This document shows, in pieces, positions 20,375 to 31,007 of a stretch of 54,514 nucleotides of DNA. The stretch is from positions 1-54,514 of the forward strand of contig JAHYJO010000008.1 in NCBI GenBank assembly GCA_019429125.1, written 5' to 3'. Source of the DNA: Nanobdellati archaeon (lineage in GTDB: Archaea > EX4484-52 > GLR71). Under the pieces are notes generated by a model. That model was not told where the DNA came from. It did no database searches and saw only the letters and a program-made list of their open reading frames with translations. The first letter of the stretch is position 1; each line of letters opens with the position of its first letter. A program made the translations under genes and the position numbers.

Positions 20375-21532
20375 ATGATAATACACAATCTTCATGCAGA
20401 AAAAGTTCTTGACAGCCGTGGTAACTGGACTGTTCGCGCATATGTCAACGGCATCTCAGGCACAGCCCCAAGTGGTGCATCAACTGGCACTTATGAAGCC
20501 AAAGTAATACCTGCAGACAAAGCAGTTGCGATAATTAATACAAAACTTCAGCGCCTTGTAGGAGAGAGCTTCAACCAGATAGATGCAGACATACAGATAG
20601 AAACCCTTGACGGCACAGAAAACTTCGAGAAGATAGGTGGAAACACAGCAATAGCAGTATCCTTTGCAGTCTTCAATGCAATCCACAATTCAAAAAAGAT
20701 TACAAAGGAAGTATTTCCTTATCCATTAGGAAATGTATTCGGAGGTGGCGCACATGGTGGCACAACCACATTCCAAGAATTCCTTTCCTTGCCGACCCAA
20801 TCAAAATCAATTTATGAAGCATTAAACGCAAATGTAGAATTTCATCACAGATTACGGGATATTTTAAACAGAAAGACAAAAAATGTAGGGATAAACGATG
20901 AAGGTGCACTGACTGCAGACATAGATGATTTCAAAGCACTTGATATAATTACAGATATAGCAGAGGATTTAGGATGCAGAATAGGTCTTGATGTAGCTTC
21001 CTCAGAATTTTTCAGCAAAGAAAAATACAGATACAAATCACTCCAAAAAACATTGACTCCTGAGGACCAGCTTGATTTCATGACCGAAACAGCCAAAAAA
21101 TACAAATTAGTATACTTAGAAGACCCTTTTGAAGAAAATGACTTTAAGAACACTCAAGAACTTACAAAAAAAATAGGAAACAATTGCCTAATATGCGGTG
21201 ATGACCTTTTTGTCACAAATGAAAAAAGGCTCCAGAAAGGCATAACTTTAGGCGCTACAAACTCACTTATAATAAAACCAAATCAAGCAGGCACAATATC
21301 TCTTGCGCAAGACACAATAACACTTGCAAAAAAAAATGACTTCATCCCCGTTGTATCACACAGATCTGGCGAAACAGAAGATTCGACAATAAGCAGACTT
21401 GCTCTTTTCTGGGGTGCGCCCATAATCAAGGCCGGCGTAATAGATATGAGAATCTCAAAATTAAATGAACTGATACATCTCTGGAACAGCGCAGAAACAC
21501 CAAAAATGGCAAAATTGAAACTAAACAGATAA
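20375..21532 (+). CDS. eno: Enolase
   Basis: DSRGN, PSGASTG, QEF, DVASSEF, EDPF, GDDL, IKPNQ, SHRSGET. Confidence 0.95.
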   Translation: MIIHNLHAEKVLDSRGNWTVRAYVNGISGTAPSGASTGTYEAKVIPADKAVAIINTKLQRLVGESFNQIDADIQIETLDGTENFEKIGGNTAIAVSFAVFNAIHNSKKITKEVFPYPLGNVFGGGAHGGTTTFQEFLSLPTQSKSIYEALNANVEFHHRLRDILNRKTKNVGINDEGALTADIDDFKALDIITDIAEDLGCRIGLDVASSEFFSKEKYRYKSLQKTLTPEDQLDFMTETAKKYKLVYLEDPFEENDFKNTQELTKKIGNNCLICGDDLFVTNEKRLQKGITLGATNSLIIKPNQAGTISLAQDTITLAKKNDFIPVVSHRSGETEDSTISRLALFWGAPIIKAGVIDMRISKLNELIHLWNSAETPKMAKLKLNR

Positions 21533-21649
21533 AATACTAAAAACAACAAACCCCATAAACCTTTAAAAAGATTTCACCTCAAATACTCTTACAATTTCTT
21601 AGCATAATGCTTAAAGGAACTGATATAAAAAATATTAAGGTGTTTATAA

Positions 21650-22309
21650 ATGACCGAAAATGCAAACGTGGCACTGGAACAGACAGGAGAAACAAAACTC
21701 CTACCAGCAAGTAATTACCTCTCTGCAGGTATTCATATAGGTATGAAACAAAGAGTCAAAGCTATGGAAAGATATATCTACAAGGTAAGATTTGATAAAT
21801 TAGCTGTTTTCAATGTACAACTTATAGATGAACAGATACAAAATGTTGCAAACCTTCTATCTCAATACAAAGCTGAAGACATCTTAGTCGTATCACGAAA
21901 AAAGAATGGCCACAAACCAGTTGTTAAATTCGCGGAAGCCATAGGTGGTGCAAAAGTCATATATGGACGATTTTACCCAGGAACTATTACAAATCCAAAT
22001 TACGAAAAATACATAGAACCAAAAATAGTTATTATTACAGACCCATTTTTAGACAAGCAGATTGTTAATGAAGCATTCAATTCAAACTTAACTATAATTG
22101 GTCTTTGTGATACCTTCAACAACCCAAAAAATCTTGACGTAATAATCTCAATGAACAATAAAGGTAAAAAAGCAATAGCACTTGTTTACTGGCTTCTTGC
22201 ACGAGAGATACTCAAGAATAAAGGTGAAATAATAGGCGACGCAGAATTCAAATACACACTTGAAGACTTTGAAATGCCCGAATTTGAAGAAAGGGAAACT
22301 GAACAATAA
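21650..22309 (+). CDS. rps2: 30S ribosomal protein S2
   Basis: AGIHIG, GRFYPGTITNP, TDP, NNKGKKAIAL.YWLLARE. Confidence 0.95.
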   Translation: MTENANVALEQTGETKLLPASNYLSAGIHIGMKQRVKAMERYIYKVRFDKLAVFNVQLIDEQIQNVANLLSQYKAEDILVVSRKKNGHKPVVKFAEAIGGAKVIYGRFYPGTITNPNYEKYIEPKIVIITDPFLDKQIVNEAFNSNLTIIGLCDTFNNPKNLDVIISMNNKGKKAIALVYWLLAREILKNKGEIIGDAEFKYTLEDFEMPEFEERETEQ

Positions 22310-22486
22310 ATATAAATACACCCTTTTCTTTTTTTAATCTTTTTGTCTTATTTCTAATTATAATTTACATTAAATCAAACAATATCCATAATCAATACGT
22401 AACCTCCTAAAGTGGTAATTTCGCGCATAAAACACCCTTTTAAGGTCACAATAAATTATATATATGTCAGAATACAATATATATAT

Positions 22487-23293
22487 ATGGAATATTCAGA
22501 CAACAAGATACAAGATGAATTTGTAAATCAATTTAAAGATTTTGGTTTTACACGTTATGAATCAAAAGCATATATCACACTGATAAGTCAAGGTATCCTC
22601 TCAGCCCCTGAGATTGCAAAAAAAAGCGGATTACCAAAAAGCAAGATATATGACACTCTAAAAATCTTATTAGACAAAAGAATGATTGAACAATACCCCG
22701 GTGCACCACGGAAATTCAAAGCAAGAAACCCCTCATTTGTAATTGATGAAATTGTAAATAAGGAAAAGACGCATCTACAGGAAATACAATCCACTGCTAA
22801 AAACTTAAAAACCAGATTTGACACCATGATAAGCAACACAGAAAAAACATATATTTCAAACGAATCAATCCTCTGGACTGTAAACGGTCGTCGTGGATTT
22901 CATGAAAAATTTGCAGAGATGGGAAGAAGAGCCACAAAAGAAGTAAAAGTAATAACACCTTATTTCTCAAGAAATGCAATATTAGAAAAATCAATAAATT
23001 TTGCAAGATCAAGAAATGTGGCATTTACAGGAATAACCTCAGTCAATGAAGACAACAAAGACAGAGTTAAATATTATATGGAATATTTTAACAACATATA
23101 CAGATTCTCTGGAGAGATACCACTAACATTAATCATTATTGATGATACTGAATGTATGTACAGGATGAATTACCTGACAAATGGTCAATTAAATTATGTA
23201 GGTGTCCATTCTACCAACAAAGGACTCATAAAAGCATTCACACAATATTGGGACGGACTAATGAAAGATTCAACCAATATTGATTCTTTTTAA
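22487..23293 (+). CDS. TrmB family transcriptional regulator
   Basis: FGFTRYESKAYITL, EIAKKSGLPKSKIYDTL wHTH plus PLD-like sensor domain. Confidence 0.88.
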   Translation: MEYSDNKIQDEFVNQFKDFGFTRYESKAYITLISQGILSAPEIAKKSGLPKSKIYDTLKILLDKRMIEQYPGAPRKFKARNPSFVIDEIVNKEKTHLQEIQSTAKNLKTRFDTMISNTEKTYISNESILWTVNGRRGFHEKFAEMGRRATKEVKVITPYFSRNAILEKSINFARSRNVAFTGITSVNEDNKDRVKYYMEYFNNIYRFSGEIPLTLIIIDDTECMYRMNYLTNGQLNYVGVHSTNKGLIKAFTQYWDGLMKDSTNIDSF

Positions 23294-23444
23294 ATTATCA
23301 AAATCACACTCGAAAAATACAGGCCCATACACAAATATTTATTAATTACTTCTAAAGAATTACATAAAACCCATAAAAAGTATATATACTAATCACAACA
23401 AAATAAAAAATAAAATAAGATTCTTTATTAAAACAGGTGAGATT

Positions 23445-24269
23445 ATGGGATTCCTCAATAAAATAAAAACTTCAATTGGATTAAAAGCCGAAGAACACAA
23501 AAATCAAGCAACAGACAATACAAATAGTTATTTGCAAGATTCACAGATAATAAAAAATCTAGATAAAATAGATATACAACCTACAGACATGCAACCAACT
23601 ATAGACAATAACGACGATATGATTACAGATCCAACATCAATAAACCAAACAAATGACATAGCAACCCAAAACAGACCAAAATCAGTATTACAAGATACTA
23701 ACATAACTTTAGATTTAAATGAAAATAAATCAACGCCAATCGCGCCAATCATTACACCAAGTACATCATGCGCGGATATAAATAAAGAAAAAGACATAAT
23801 GACTGCAACACAAAAAACAGATCCATCAATTTATAATCCTGCTGAAAAACTGAAAAACATAAAAGAAGAAAAAGAACGTATATCAGACCAGCTTGAAAAA
23901 CTTACTTTAGAAATTGACAAAATAATTAAAAATCTTGAAAACGAATTTAAAGGCGACAAAAAAACAGATGAAAAATATATTAACAAAAATAATACAAAAC
24001 ATATTGAAGAGACCCCTATTAAAAAAATTGAGTACACAAAAAAAATTGAAATAGAAACACAAAAAAAAGAATCAAAAGATACAAAAGAAGAACAAAAAAT
24101 AAAAGATGAAAAAGAAACTGCAAAAGCAAAAGATAATATAGAATTAAAAAATAAAGAAGAGACAAAGGTTAAAGATTGCAGGAACGAAACAGATGTAACA
24201 GAAAAGGATCTTAAAGAACTCGAAGAATTCCTTTCTAAAGAAAAAATTAATGAAATCCAAAATAAATAA
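23445..24269 (+). CDS. Hypothetical protein: N-terminal amphipathic helix, low-complexity linker, coiled coil
   Basis: MGFLNKIK start with GGTGA SD; K/E/T-rich. Confidence 0.7.
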   Translation: MGFLNKIKTSIGLKAEEHKNQATDNTNSYLQDSQIIKNLDKIDIQPTDMQPTIDNNDDMITDPTSINQTNDIATQNRPKSVLQDTNITLDLNENKSTPIAPIITPSTSCADINKEKDIMTATQKTDPSIYNPAEKLKNIKEEKERISDQLEKLTLEIDKIIKNLENEFKGDKKTDEKYINKNNTKHIEETPIKKIEYTKKIEIETQKKESKDTKEEQKIKDEKETAKAKDNIELKNKEETKVKDCRNETDVTEKDLKELEEFLSKEKINEIQNK

Positions 24270-24432
24270 GAATCCAAAGTACTTAAACAGTACCCTTATA
24301 GGGAAAAGAGAACATAAATTATTAATTATAATAATAGACAAAAAATAAGAACAATAATTAAAAATACACCAATATACCCATAATAAGTATAAAGATATAA
24401 ACTTTACTAATAACTATACTATATTGATTTCT

Positions 24433-24963
24433 ATGGATACCAAAATACTTGAAAATATGATTGATGAAAGAAATAAAGGTAAAACGCTTTCTGAACTTTC
24501 AAAAAAATATGAAATCCCTAGATCAGAAATAAAGAAAAAACTACAAAAAAAGATGGGCGACAAAATATACACATTAGACATAGATTACAATACAGACAAT
24601 GGTGAAAAGATACAAAAAATGTTACACGACCGAATCTTAGAAATATTAGAAGAATACCATCCCGACGCAGAAATACCATCTACTGCACAAAAATTTGTAA
24701 AAATCCATGATGATAATATTGATTGCTGTATAGGTCTTGATATAAAAGCCACATACTATGACACAGTTGTCCAATCTGCATGGAAATACAAAAAATACCA
24801 TGAGAAAGTAGGTCAGCTATACATCATCCTAATTTCAAGAAGACTCACAAAAGAAAAATTTGAGACATTAATAAAAGATAAACCAGATAATGTAACAATA
24901 ATACCCTACACAGATCTTGATGCAATTGAAAATATCAGAAAAAAACTGATGACAAAAAAATAA
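24433..24963 (+). CDS. Hypothetical protein: N-terminal HTH, possible PD-(D/E)xK-like C-terminal domain
   Basis: GKTLSELSKKYEIPRSEIKK HTH-like segment; IGLDIK strand motif. Confidence 0.6.
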   Translation: MDTKILENMIDERNKGKTLSELSKKYEIPRSEIKKKLQKKMGDKIYTLDIDYNTDNGEKIQKMLHDRILEILEEYHPDAEIPSTAQKFVKIHDDNIDCCIGLDIKATYYDTVVQSAWKYKKYHEKVGQLYIILISRRLTKEKFETLIKDKPDNVTIIPYTDLDAIENIRKKLMTKK

Positions 24964-24995
24964 AATAACATTTTTCTTTTTCTATCCTTTTAGAA

Positions 24996-25802
24996 TCATA
25001 TCTGTTTCCAAATCATCTCAAAGACAGATGTTGCAAACTCTTTACTAAAATGATTGCTAACCGTCCAAAAACCAGTCTGTTGGCTCTCATGGATATTTGA
25101 ATCATCAGTCAAGCCCAAAATAAGTTCACTTTCATCAGAAATAAGCATCTTGCCAATAAGAACATTACCTTTTAAATTATTAAGATCTTTTATTTCAACA
25201 ATTTTTTTCAATGATTCTATTTCTTTGATATTATTTTCTGAAAAGGGCGCAATAATTCGTACCTTTATCCCTCTGCTCTTTGCTTTTGAGATCACTGATG
25301 AATTGTTTTTCCATAATTTACAAACACCATCTTCAGTTGTAATTATTGACAGACTTGATTTTGAGTTCTTTATAATATTATTAAATTGCATCATTATTGA
25401 ATGACTTCCCTTAAACGAACCTGAAAGGTCAGAAGGATCAATAACAGACACACCATTAGTATAAAGTTTACTTAGCTCAGAAAGGGAGTCACTTTCAGAA
25501 AACTGCTCTACCCGCTTTAAATTTGAGGTAAATACATCCTCAATTATGTGCTTTGTTTTATCTATTGCAACAGACGGCTCAATAGCAACATACTTTATTG
25601 GTTTTGAATGCTGAACCACTGCAAAACCTTTCTCAGAAAGACTTTCTAAAACATCATAAGCTCTTGATCGTGGAACAGATGCAAGTTCTGCAAGTTCGCC
25701 AGCAGTACCTATACTTTTTGCAAGTAATGCAACATATATCTTTCTCTCATAAAGATTGAGTCCTATTGTCTTTAAAGCATCTGTTGTATTTTGACTTATC
25801 AT
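24996..25802 (-). CDS. TrmB family transcriptional regulator
   Basis: LKTIGLNLYERKIYVALL, ELAELASVPRSRAYDVLESL, KPIKY; GGTGA SD before ATG 25802. Confidence 0.9.
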   Translation of the reverse strand: MISQNTTDALKTIGLNLYERKIYVALLAKSIGTAGELAELASVPRSRAYDVLESLSEKGFAVVQHSKPIKYVAIEPSVAIDKTKHIIEDVFTSNLKRVEQFSESDSLSELSKLYTNGVSVIDPSDLSGSFKGSHSIMMQFNNIIKNSKSSLSIITTEDGVCKLWKNNSSVISKAKSRGIKVRIIAPFSENNIKEIESLKKIVEIKDLNNLKGNVLIGKMLISDESELILGLTDDSNIHESQQTGFWTVSNHFSKEFATSVFEMIWKQI

Positions 25803-25968
25803 AATATTCACCGATAGTATTTTATGTAAAGAGTTATAACAGAAGTAATCTTTATAAATAGGTATGGCGGTTGTCACCTATAAGGAGTCAACAACATACA
25901 CTAAACCGCATATACAATATAATATAAATAAAATGTAAAAAAAATAAAAAAATAGAAACAAAAAATTC

Positions 25969-26721
25969 TTATTTTTTCTTTAAAGATGAATAAGCTTCAA
26001 ATATTTCTAAAGGCATAGCAAAAACAATAGTATTGCTCTGATCAGACGATATATCATTCAAAGTCTGAAGTGTTCTTAAATGAAGCGCACCTTTTGCAGA
26101 AGACAATGTTTTTGCAGCTTTGGCAAGGTTTACAGAAGCTATTGTTTCACCTTCAGCTTTTATTATTACAGCCCGCTTTTCCCTTTCAGCTTCAGCTTCC
26201 TTTGCCATCATCCTTTTCATCTCATTTGGAAGCAATATATCTTTAAGCTCAACGCTGTTTACCTTTATACCCCATGGGTCAGATGCCTTGTCAACAATCT
26301 CTTTTATTCTAGAAGACACAGCTTCCCTATTTGAAAGAAGCTTGTCAAGACTTGTTTCACCAACAATATCACGCATAGTAGTCTGCGCAACCTGGCTCAT
26401 TGCATAGCTGAAATTCTCAACTTCAATTATCGCGCACTTAGCATCAATTATCTTATAATAAAGGACAGCATTGACATTTACAGACACATTTTCTCGTGTC
26501 ATCGCATCTTGGCTTGGCACATCAACAGCTTTGACACGCATATCGACTTTTTGCATAGTGTCGATTACAGGTATTATATACCTCAATCCAGGTTTAACAA
26601 TACCCCCATACTTCCCAAGTCTGAAACGCACACCGCGCTCATATTCATTCATAACCCTAAGTCCAGTCAAAAGAAAGACCAGAACAGGGATCAATATAAA
26701 CCATTCCATAACATCACCCAT
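25969..26721 (-). CDS. SPFH/stomatin (slipin) family membrane protein
   Basis: EYERGVRFRLG, VPSQDAMTRENV, AQTTMR, AEAEREKRA, LRTLQTL. Confidence 0.93.
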   Translation of the reverse strand: MGDVMEWFILIPVLVFLLTGLRVMNEYERGVRFRLGKYGGIVKPGLRYIIPVIDTMQKVDMRVKAVDVPSQDAMTRENVSVNVNAVLYYKIIDAKCAIIEVENFSYAMSQVAQTTMRDIVGETSLDKLLSNREAVSSRIKEIVDKASDPWGIKVNSVELKDILLPNEMKRMMAKEAEAEREKRAVIIKAEGETIASVNLAKAAKTLSSAKGALHLRTLQTLNDISSDQSNTIVFAMPLEIFEAYSSLKKK

Positions 26722-26826
26722 ATTTCTTATTAATTTTAATTAATCTTATTTTCAGATTATCCAGATTAATTTGATATATATTTTAATTTATAAATATTTA
26801 TACTTATAGATTTTTTAAAAAAACAA

Positions 26827-26921
26827 GGTAATCCAGTTAAGCTCTATTTCTCAATCCTTAACAGGATACTATTATTAACATTGATTACACTTTCAGAAAA
26901 TATCGAATAATTCATCAAAAA
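26827..26921. repeat. Dispersed repeat family A copy, abutting a family B MITE
   Basis: Inverted copy of 209-299. Confidence 0.7.
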
Positions 26922-26926
26922 CAACA

Positions 26927-27095
26927 GGCACTATCCAAAAAGTGAGTGATTTTGAATATTTTTTAAATATTGTTTGTTTATAAACTCCTGCAGAGATCCA
27001 TTTAATATACACATTTCACGTCGAATTACAAAAGAAATAAAAGTATTTAATTTAACTACATTCTGTTTGAAATCACTCGAAAAATGAACAGTGCC
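26927..27095. mobile_element. MITE family B (169 bp, GGCACT...AGTGCC terminal inverted repeats)
   Basis: Terminal inverted repeats; near-identical to 37275-37442. Confidence 0.88.
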
Positions 27096-27133
27096 TAGAA
27101 AACTATATAAACTCAGATATACAAAGTAACTAA

Positions 27134-27235
27134 GTCCTAATTAACTTAACTATAGTTCTTTACTATAAAACCCCATTAGGACAAATACCCTGGATTAGGT
27201 GGTGGGATGCGAAAGCTTCCACCCAACCACATTTC
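27134..27235 (+). ncRNA. Candidate structured ncRNA
   Basis: TATATAAA at 27104-27111; GTCCTAAT/ATTAGGAC stem; GC-rich hairpin with GAAA tetraloop; followed by a T-rich tract. Confidence 0.45.
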
Positions 27236-27300
27236 TTATAAATTTTTAATTAATTATTAGCCCTATTAATCATAAAGACATTTCAAAACAAGATTTTATT

Positions 27301-28700
27301 TTATCTAACCTTACCTTTTTCAGTTACATTTAAAAGAACATCTTTTAGACCCTCTTCAAAACTAGTAAGTATAGGAGACAAAAACTCCAGCACTCGCATC
27401 TCTAAATCATCATCAACCCTTTCAAAGAAAGTACGATTTTCACATAATGTCATATCCACAAATTTACCTTCAACATATTCTTCTTCAGGAAGCCTATACA
27501 TAACTGCTACAGTCTGACCACCAACAACTTGTGCCCTCATAACTCCCTGATGCATTTTCCCAGTCCGAATTGATTCAATAGGTTTAGTATCAACAAATTC
27601 TTGAAGAATACACGACCCATCTCTACAAATGGATATACATCTCGTCCATTCTGATTTACCCATGGCTATTTAAACGCACAATTAACTAAATCCTTTTTTG
27701 AAAAATTAAAACCTGATTCATTTGCAAGTTTAATTGTGTCTCGTACAGATTCAAGTTGTGGATAAATACTTATTTCAGATTCTATAATTATATCCAAACC
27801 CTCTTAATCCAAAAAAGCGACATCAGTCCCATAATGAGTACACATAGATTTTTTAACTGCAATAACACCAACATCATTTTTGGGTAAAACATCCACAAAT
27901 TGATTAATGTCCTTATAAGAACTTAAACCCATTCCGACATATATCTCATTTAAAAAAATATCATCTAAATCTATATCAGTAAATAAATTTTTCATCAAAA
28001 GTCGAGGTGTCCATTTTGGAACAGTAACTCCTAATGATGCCGAAATTGTTCGAGAATTAATAATTTCATAAGAATCATTATTACCCCTATTATTTTTAGA
28101 TTTTAACATATTTGGATGAAAATAAGTATTCTCCTCCCCAATTCACAAAAAGTCCAATTCTATCAGTAGGGATTATCTTCAAATCATATATCATCCTCTC
28201 AAAATTAAACTCCTGAAAATATAAATTACCTTCACTAAATACCAAAGCCGTACCAATATGAAAATCATCAGCCATCCCATTTTGTCTTGCTGATTTTTTC
28301 AAATATGTTACTTCATTCATCACTTCAGTAGAATTACCAGTCTTTTCAAATTCTTCAATCTTTTTTTGCAGATTTTTACCACATTCAACTCGTTCAGAAA
28401 TCCAATAGAGATACGAAAAAACATCAGGTAGAGCATGATAAAAATATTCTAAAGACCTAGGCAATATATGATTGTTAGGTAATTTGAAATCAATAGAATA
28501 TATTATTTTGTCACCATTTTGACGCATATTCTTCAAAATATCCATATACTTATAAATTCGCACAAATCTAGGAGAGTAATTTGCACGCTCACTAAAACTT
28601 ACCCCATCAGTAAGACCATAGATCTCAAGAATCTTAAACTTGCCTTCTTTTGTTTCAACAAGATCAATCCCATAATAATTTTTAAAAACTATATATTTAT
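27301..28700 (-). pseudogene. Fragmented circularly permuted ATP-grasp ligase-like gene
   Basis: N-terminal YGIDLVETKEGKFKILEIYG, central VIAVKK..HYGTDV, C-terminal ILQEFVD..MRAQVVGG; broken by frameshifts and an in-frame TAA at 27804. Confidence 0.65.
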
Positions 28701-28746
28701 CATTAAAAGGTGAAGATTTATAAATTTTAAAGTCTGAAACAACAAT

Positions 28747-29346
28747 ATGGTAACCATAAATATATTTAAAGACAATTTTGATTCAATATGCAAAGACCAA
28801 ATATGGAAAGCTTTAACAGATGAAGCAGACCTCGCAAAACAGAACCAAGATAAAAAAGAAAACACACACAAAAAAGAACCAAATAGATATCGCGATGAAC
28901 ATCTTATTCGAAAAAATGTTGATACATACATATATATTACATACATATTAAAAAATATCGAAACAAAAGAACAAATTAAAGAAATAGCATCTAATCTAAA
29001 TTATGCAACAGACAAAACATTAGCAGAATTTAAAGAAACAGAATTCTATGATGAATTTAGTAAAATATATGGACTAAATACTGCAATAAATACCATATAC
29101 GCAAACACAAAAGTAATAAGCGAATATTATGACACATTCACAAATGATTTAGGACTCTCATTCTTTGAAGGTTGGAAAGACAACCCCGATTCACTCTACA
29201 GAAAATATCTAGCAGAAACTTCAGAAACAAACCTCATATTCATAATAGATGCAAAAAATGGAGAAATAACGATATCTAACTCAACAGAAAACACATATGT
29301 AAACTGGCGAGGAAATGTATATATTGATAAAAAACCAGAACTTTAA
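28747..29346 (+). CDS. Hypothetical protein
   Basis: 199-aa ORF with TTTATAAA ~25 bp upstream; no recognised motif. Confidence 0.65.
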   Translation: MVTINIFKDNFDSICKDQIWKALTDEADLAKQNQDKKENTHKKEPNRYRDEHLIRKNVDTYIYITYILKNIETKEQIKEIASNLNYATDKTLAEFKETEFYDEFSKIYGLNTAINTIYANTKVISEYYDTFTNDLGLSFFEGWKDNPDSLYRKYLAETSETNLIFIIDAKNGEITISNSTENTYVNWRGNVYIDKKPEL

Positions 29347-29524
29347 AATCCAAAAATATAAACCAATCACAATAGTAAAATATATAAAGACTTATTCTGA
29401 ATTATATGACGTATAAGAAAAAAAATGATAATATTTTTCTTTAAAAAGACAATATAAAATATATATATATTGCACACAGAACATATTAATCAAGTAGTAA
29501 AATTGTATAATCATCGGTGATATA

Positions 29525-30220
29525 ATGGATATGATGCCAGAACACATGGGTTACGACAGGACTATTGTTGTATTTTCTCCTGACGGAAGACTTTTTCAGG
29601 TAGAATACGCAAGAGAAGCAGTAAACAAAGGTGCAACAGCATTTGGTTTAATATTTAAGGATGGAATTATTCTTTGTGCACAAAAAAAGATTTCAAAACT
29701 TGTCAAATTCGCAGACAAAATATTCCAGATTGATGACCACATAGGTCTTGTAGCGACAGGAATAGTTGCCGATGCAAGAGTTATGGTTGACGCATCAAGA
29801 GTAAAAGCGCAACAACACAGAATGGTCTATGATACGAGCATCTCAACTGCAAGCGTTGCAAAATACCTTGCAGACAGACAGCAGCTTTATACACAACACG
29901 CAGGCGTAAGGCCTTATGGCGTTTCAATGCTGATAGGTGGAATAAATGATGAATCTGCACTTTACGAAACAGATCCAAGTGGAATATTGATGGAATGCCT
30001 TGCTAAAGCAGTAGGACAGAAAGCCGATAAGATAAACAAATTCTTCGAAGAAAAATACGAAGAAAACATGGATGAAAAACAAGCAGTCCAATTTGCAATT
30101 GAAGCTCTTAAAAAACAAGGAAAAATTGAGCTTGAAGGCATAAACCTTGTCGTCATAAAAAAAGGAAAATACATAAAATATGACAAGGATCTATTGAAAA
30201 AACAAGGTATAAAATTATGA
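29525..30220 (+). CDS. psmA: Proteasome alpha subunit
   Basis: GYDRTIVVFSPDGRLFQVEYA, RPYGVS, TDPSG. Confidence 0.96.
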   Translation: MDMMPEHMGYDRTIVVFSPDGRLFQVEYAREAVNKGATAFGLIFKDGIILCAQKKISKLVKFADKIFQIDDHIGLVATGIVADARVMVDASRVKAQQHRMVYDTSISTASVAKYLADRQQLYTQHAGVRPYGVSMLIGGINDESALYETDPSGILMECLAKAVGQKADKINKFFEEKYEENMDEKQAVQFAIEALKKQGKIELEGINLVVIKKGKYIKYDKDLLKKQGIKL

Positions 30221-30948
30221 GTGTAGATCACATCATCGCAAAGATATCATTTCATGGTAAAGATTTCGAAATAATTGTAGATTCTAAAAAGATAGATGCT
30301 TACAAAAACGGAAAAATAACAGACATAAATGATATTCTTATTGTTGATGACATCTTCAGAAACTTGAGAAAAGTGAAAAGCCTAGACAAAGGCGTTCTTT
30401 TCAAAAACAACAACACAATCTTACGTATAGAAGATTCCGAACTCAACACAGTTTTCAAAACAACAGACCATCAAATTATTGCAAAAAAGATAATTGACGA
30501 TGGCGAGATACAATACACGACAGAACAAAGAAAAGAATTCCTTGAACGCAAACAAAGAGCAGTGATAAACCTTATAGTTAGCCAGAGTATAGATCCAAGG
30601 ACAAATACACCACACACATCAGCACGTATTGAATCTGCGATGAAACAGGCAAAAATATCAGTAGATATGCATAAATCTGCTGAATCCCAAGTACAAGACA
30701 TAATAAAAAATATAACATCAATACTTCCTATAAAACTGGAATTTAAAGAAATTGAAATAAACGCGCCCATAAAATATGCAGGACTACTAAAAAAGATAAT
30801 GCAAGATTTCGGACAAATACAAAAAGAGAACTGGGTAGGTCCAAATTACATTGCCATAATTTCAATGGGTGGAGGACTTGTTGATGCGTTTTTAGGTAAA
30901 GTAAACGGCTTGACTCATGGAGATACAATGTGCAAAATATTAAGTTAA
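30217..30948 (+). CDS. Ribosome maturation factor SBDS
   Basis: FEI.VD, GEIQ.TTEQR, DPRT.TPH..RIE.AM, LTHG; synteny. Confidence 0.92.
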   Translation: MSVDHIIAKISFHGKDFEIIVDSKKIDAYKNGKITDINDILIVDDIFRNLRKVKSLDKGVLFKNNNTILRIEDSELNTVFKTTDHQIIAKKIIDDGEIQYTTEQRKEFLERKQRAVINLIVSQSIDPRTNTPHTSARIESAMKQAKISVDMHKSAESQVQDIIKNITSILPIKLEFKEIEINAPIKYAGLLKKIMQDFGQIQKENWVGPNYIAIISMGGGLVDAFLGKVNGLTHGDTMCKILS

Positions 30949-31007
30949 GTACAAAAAATCAAATAATAATTACAAAAACAATCAGATTATAATTAGAGGT
31001 GAAATAA

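Noticed and set aside
23831-24277. 148-aa F/S-rich minus-strand ORF and the many similar antisense ORFs in the track
   Set aside because: They are shadows of K/E-rich genes on the opposite strand.
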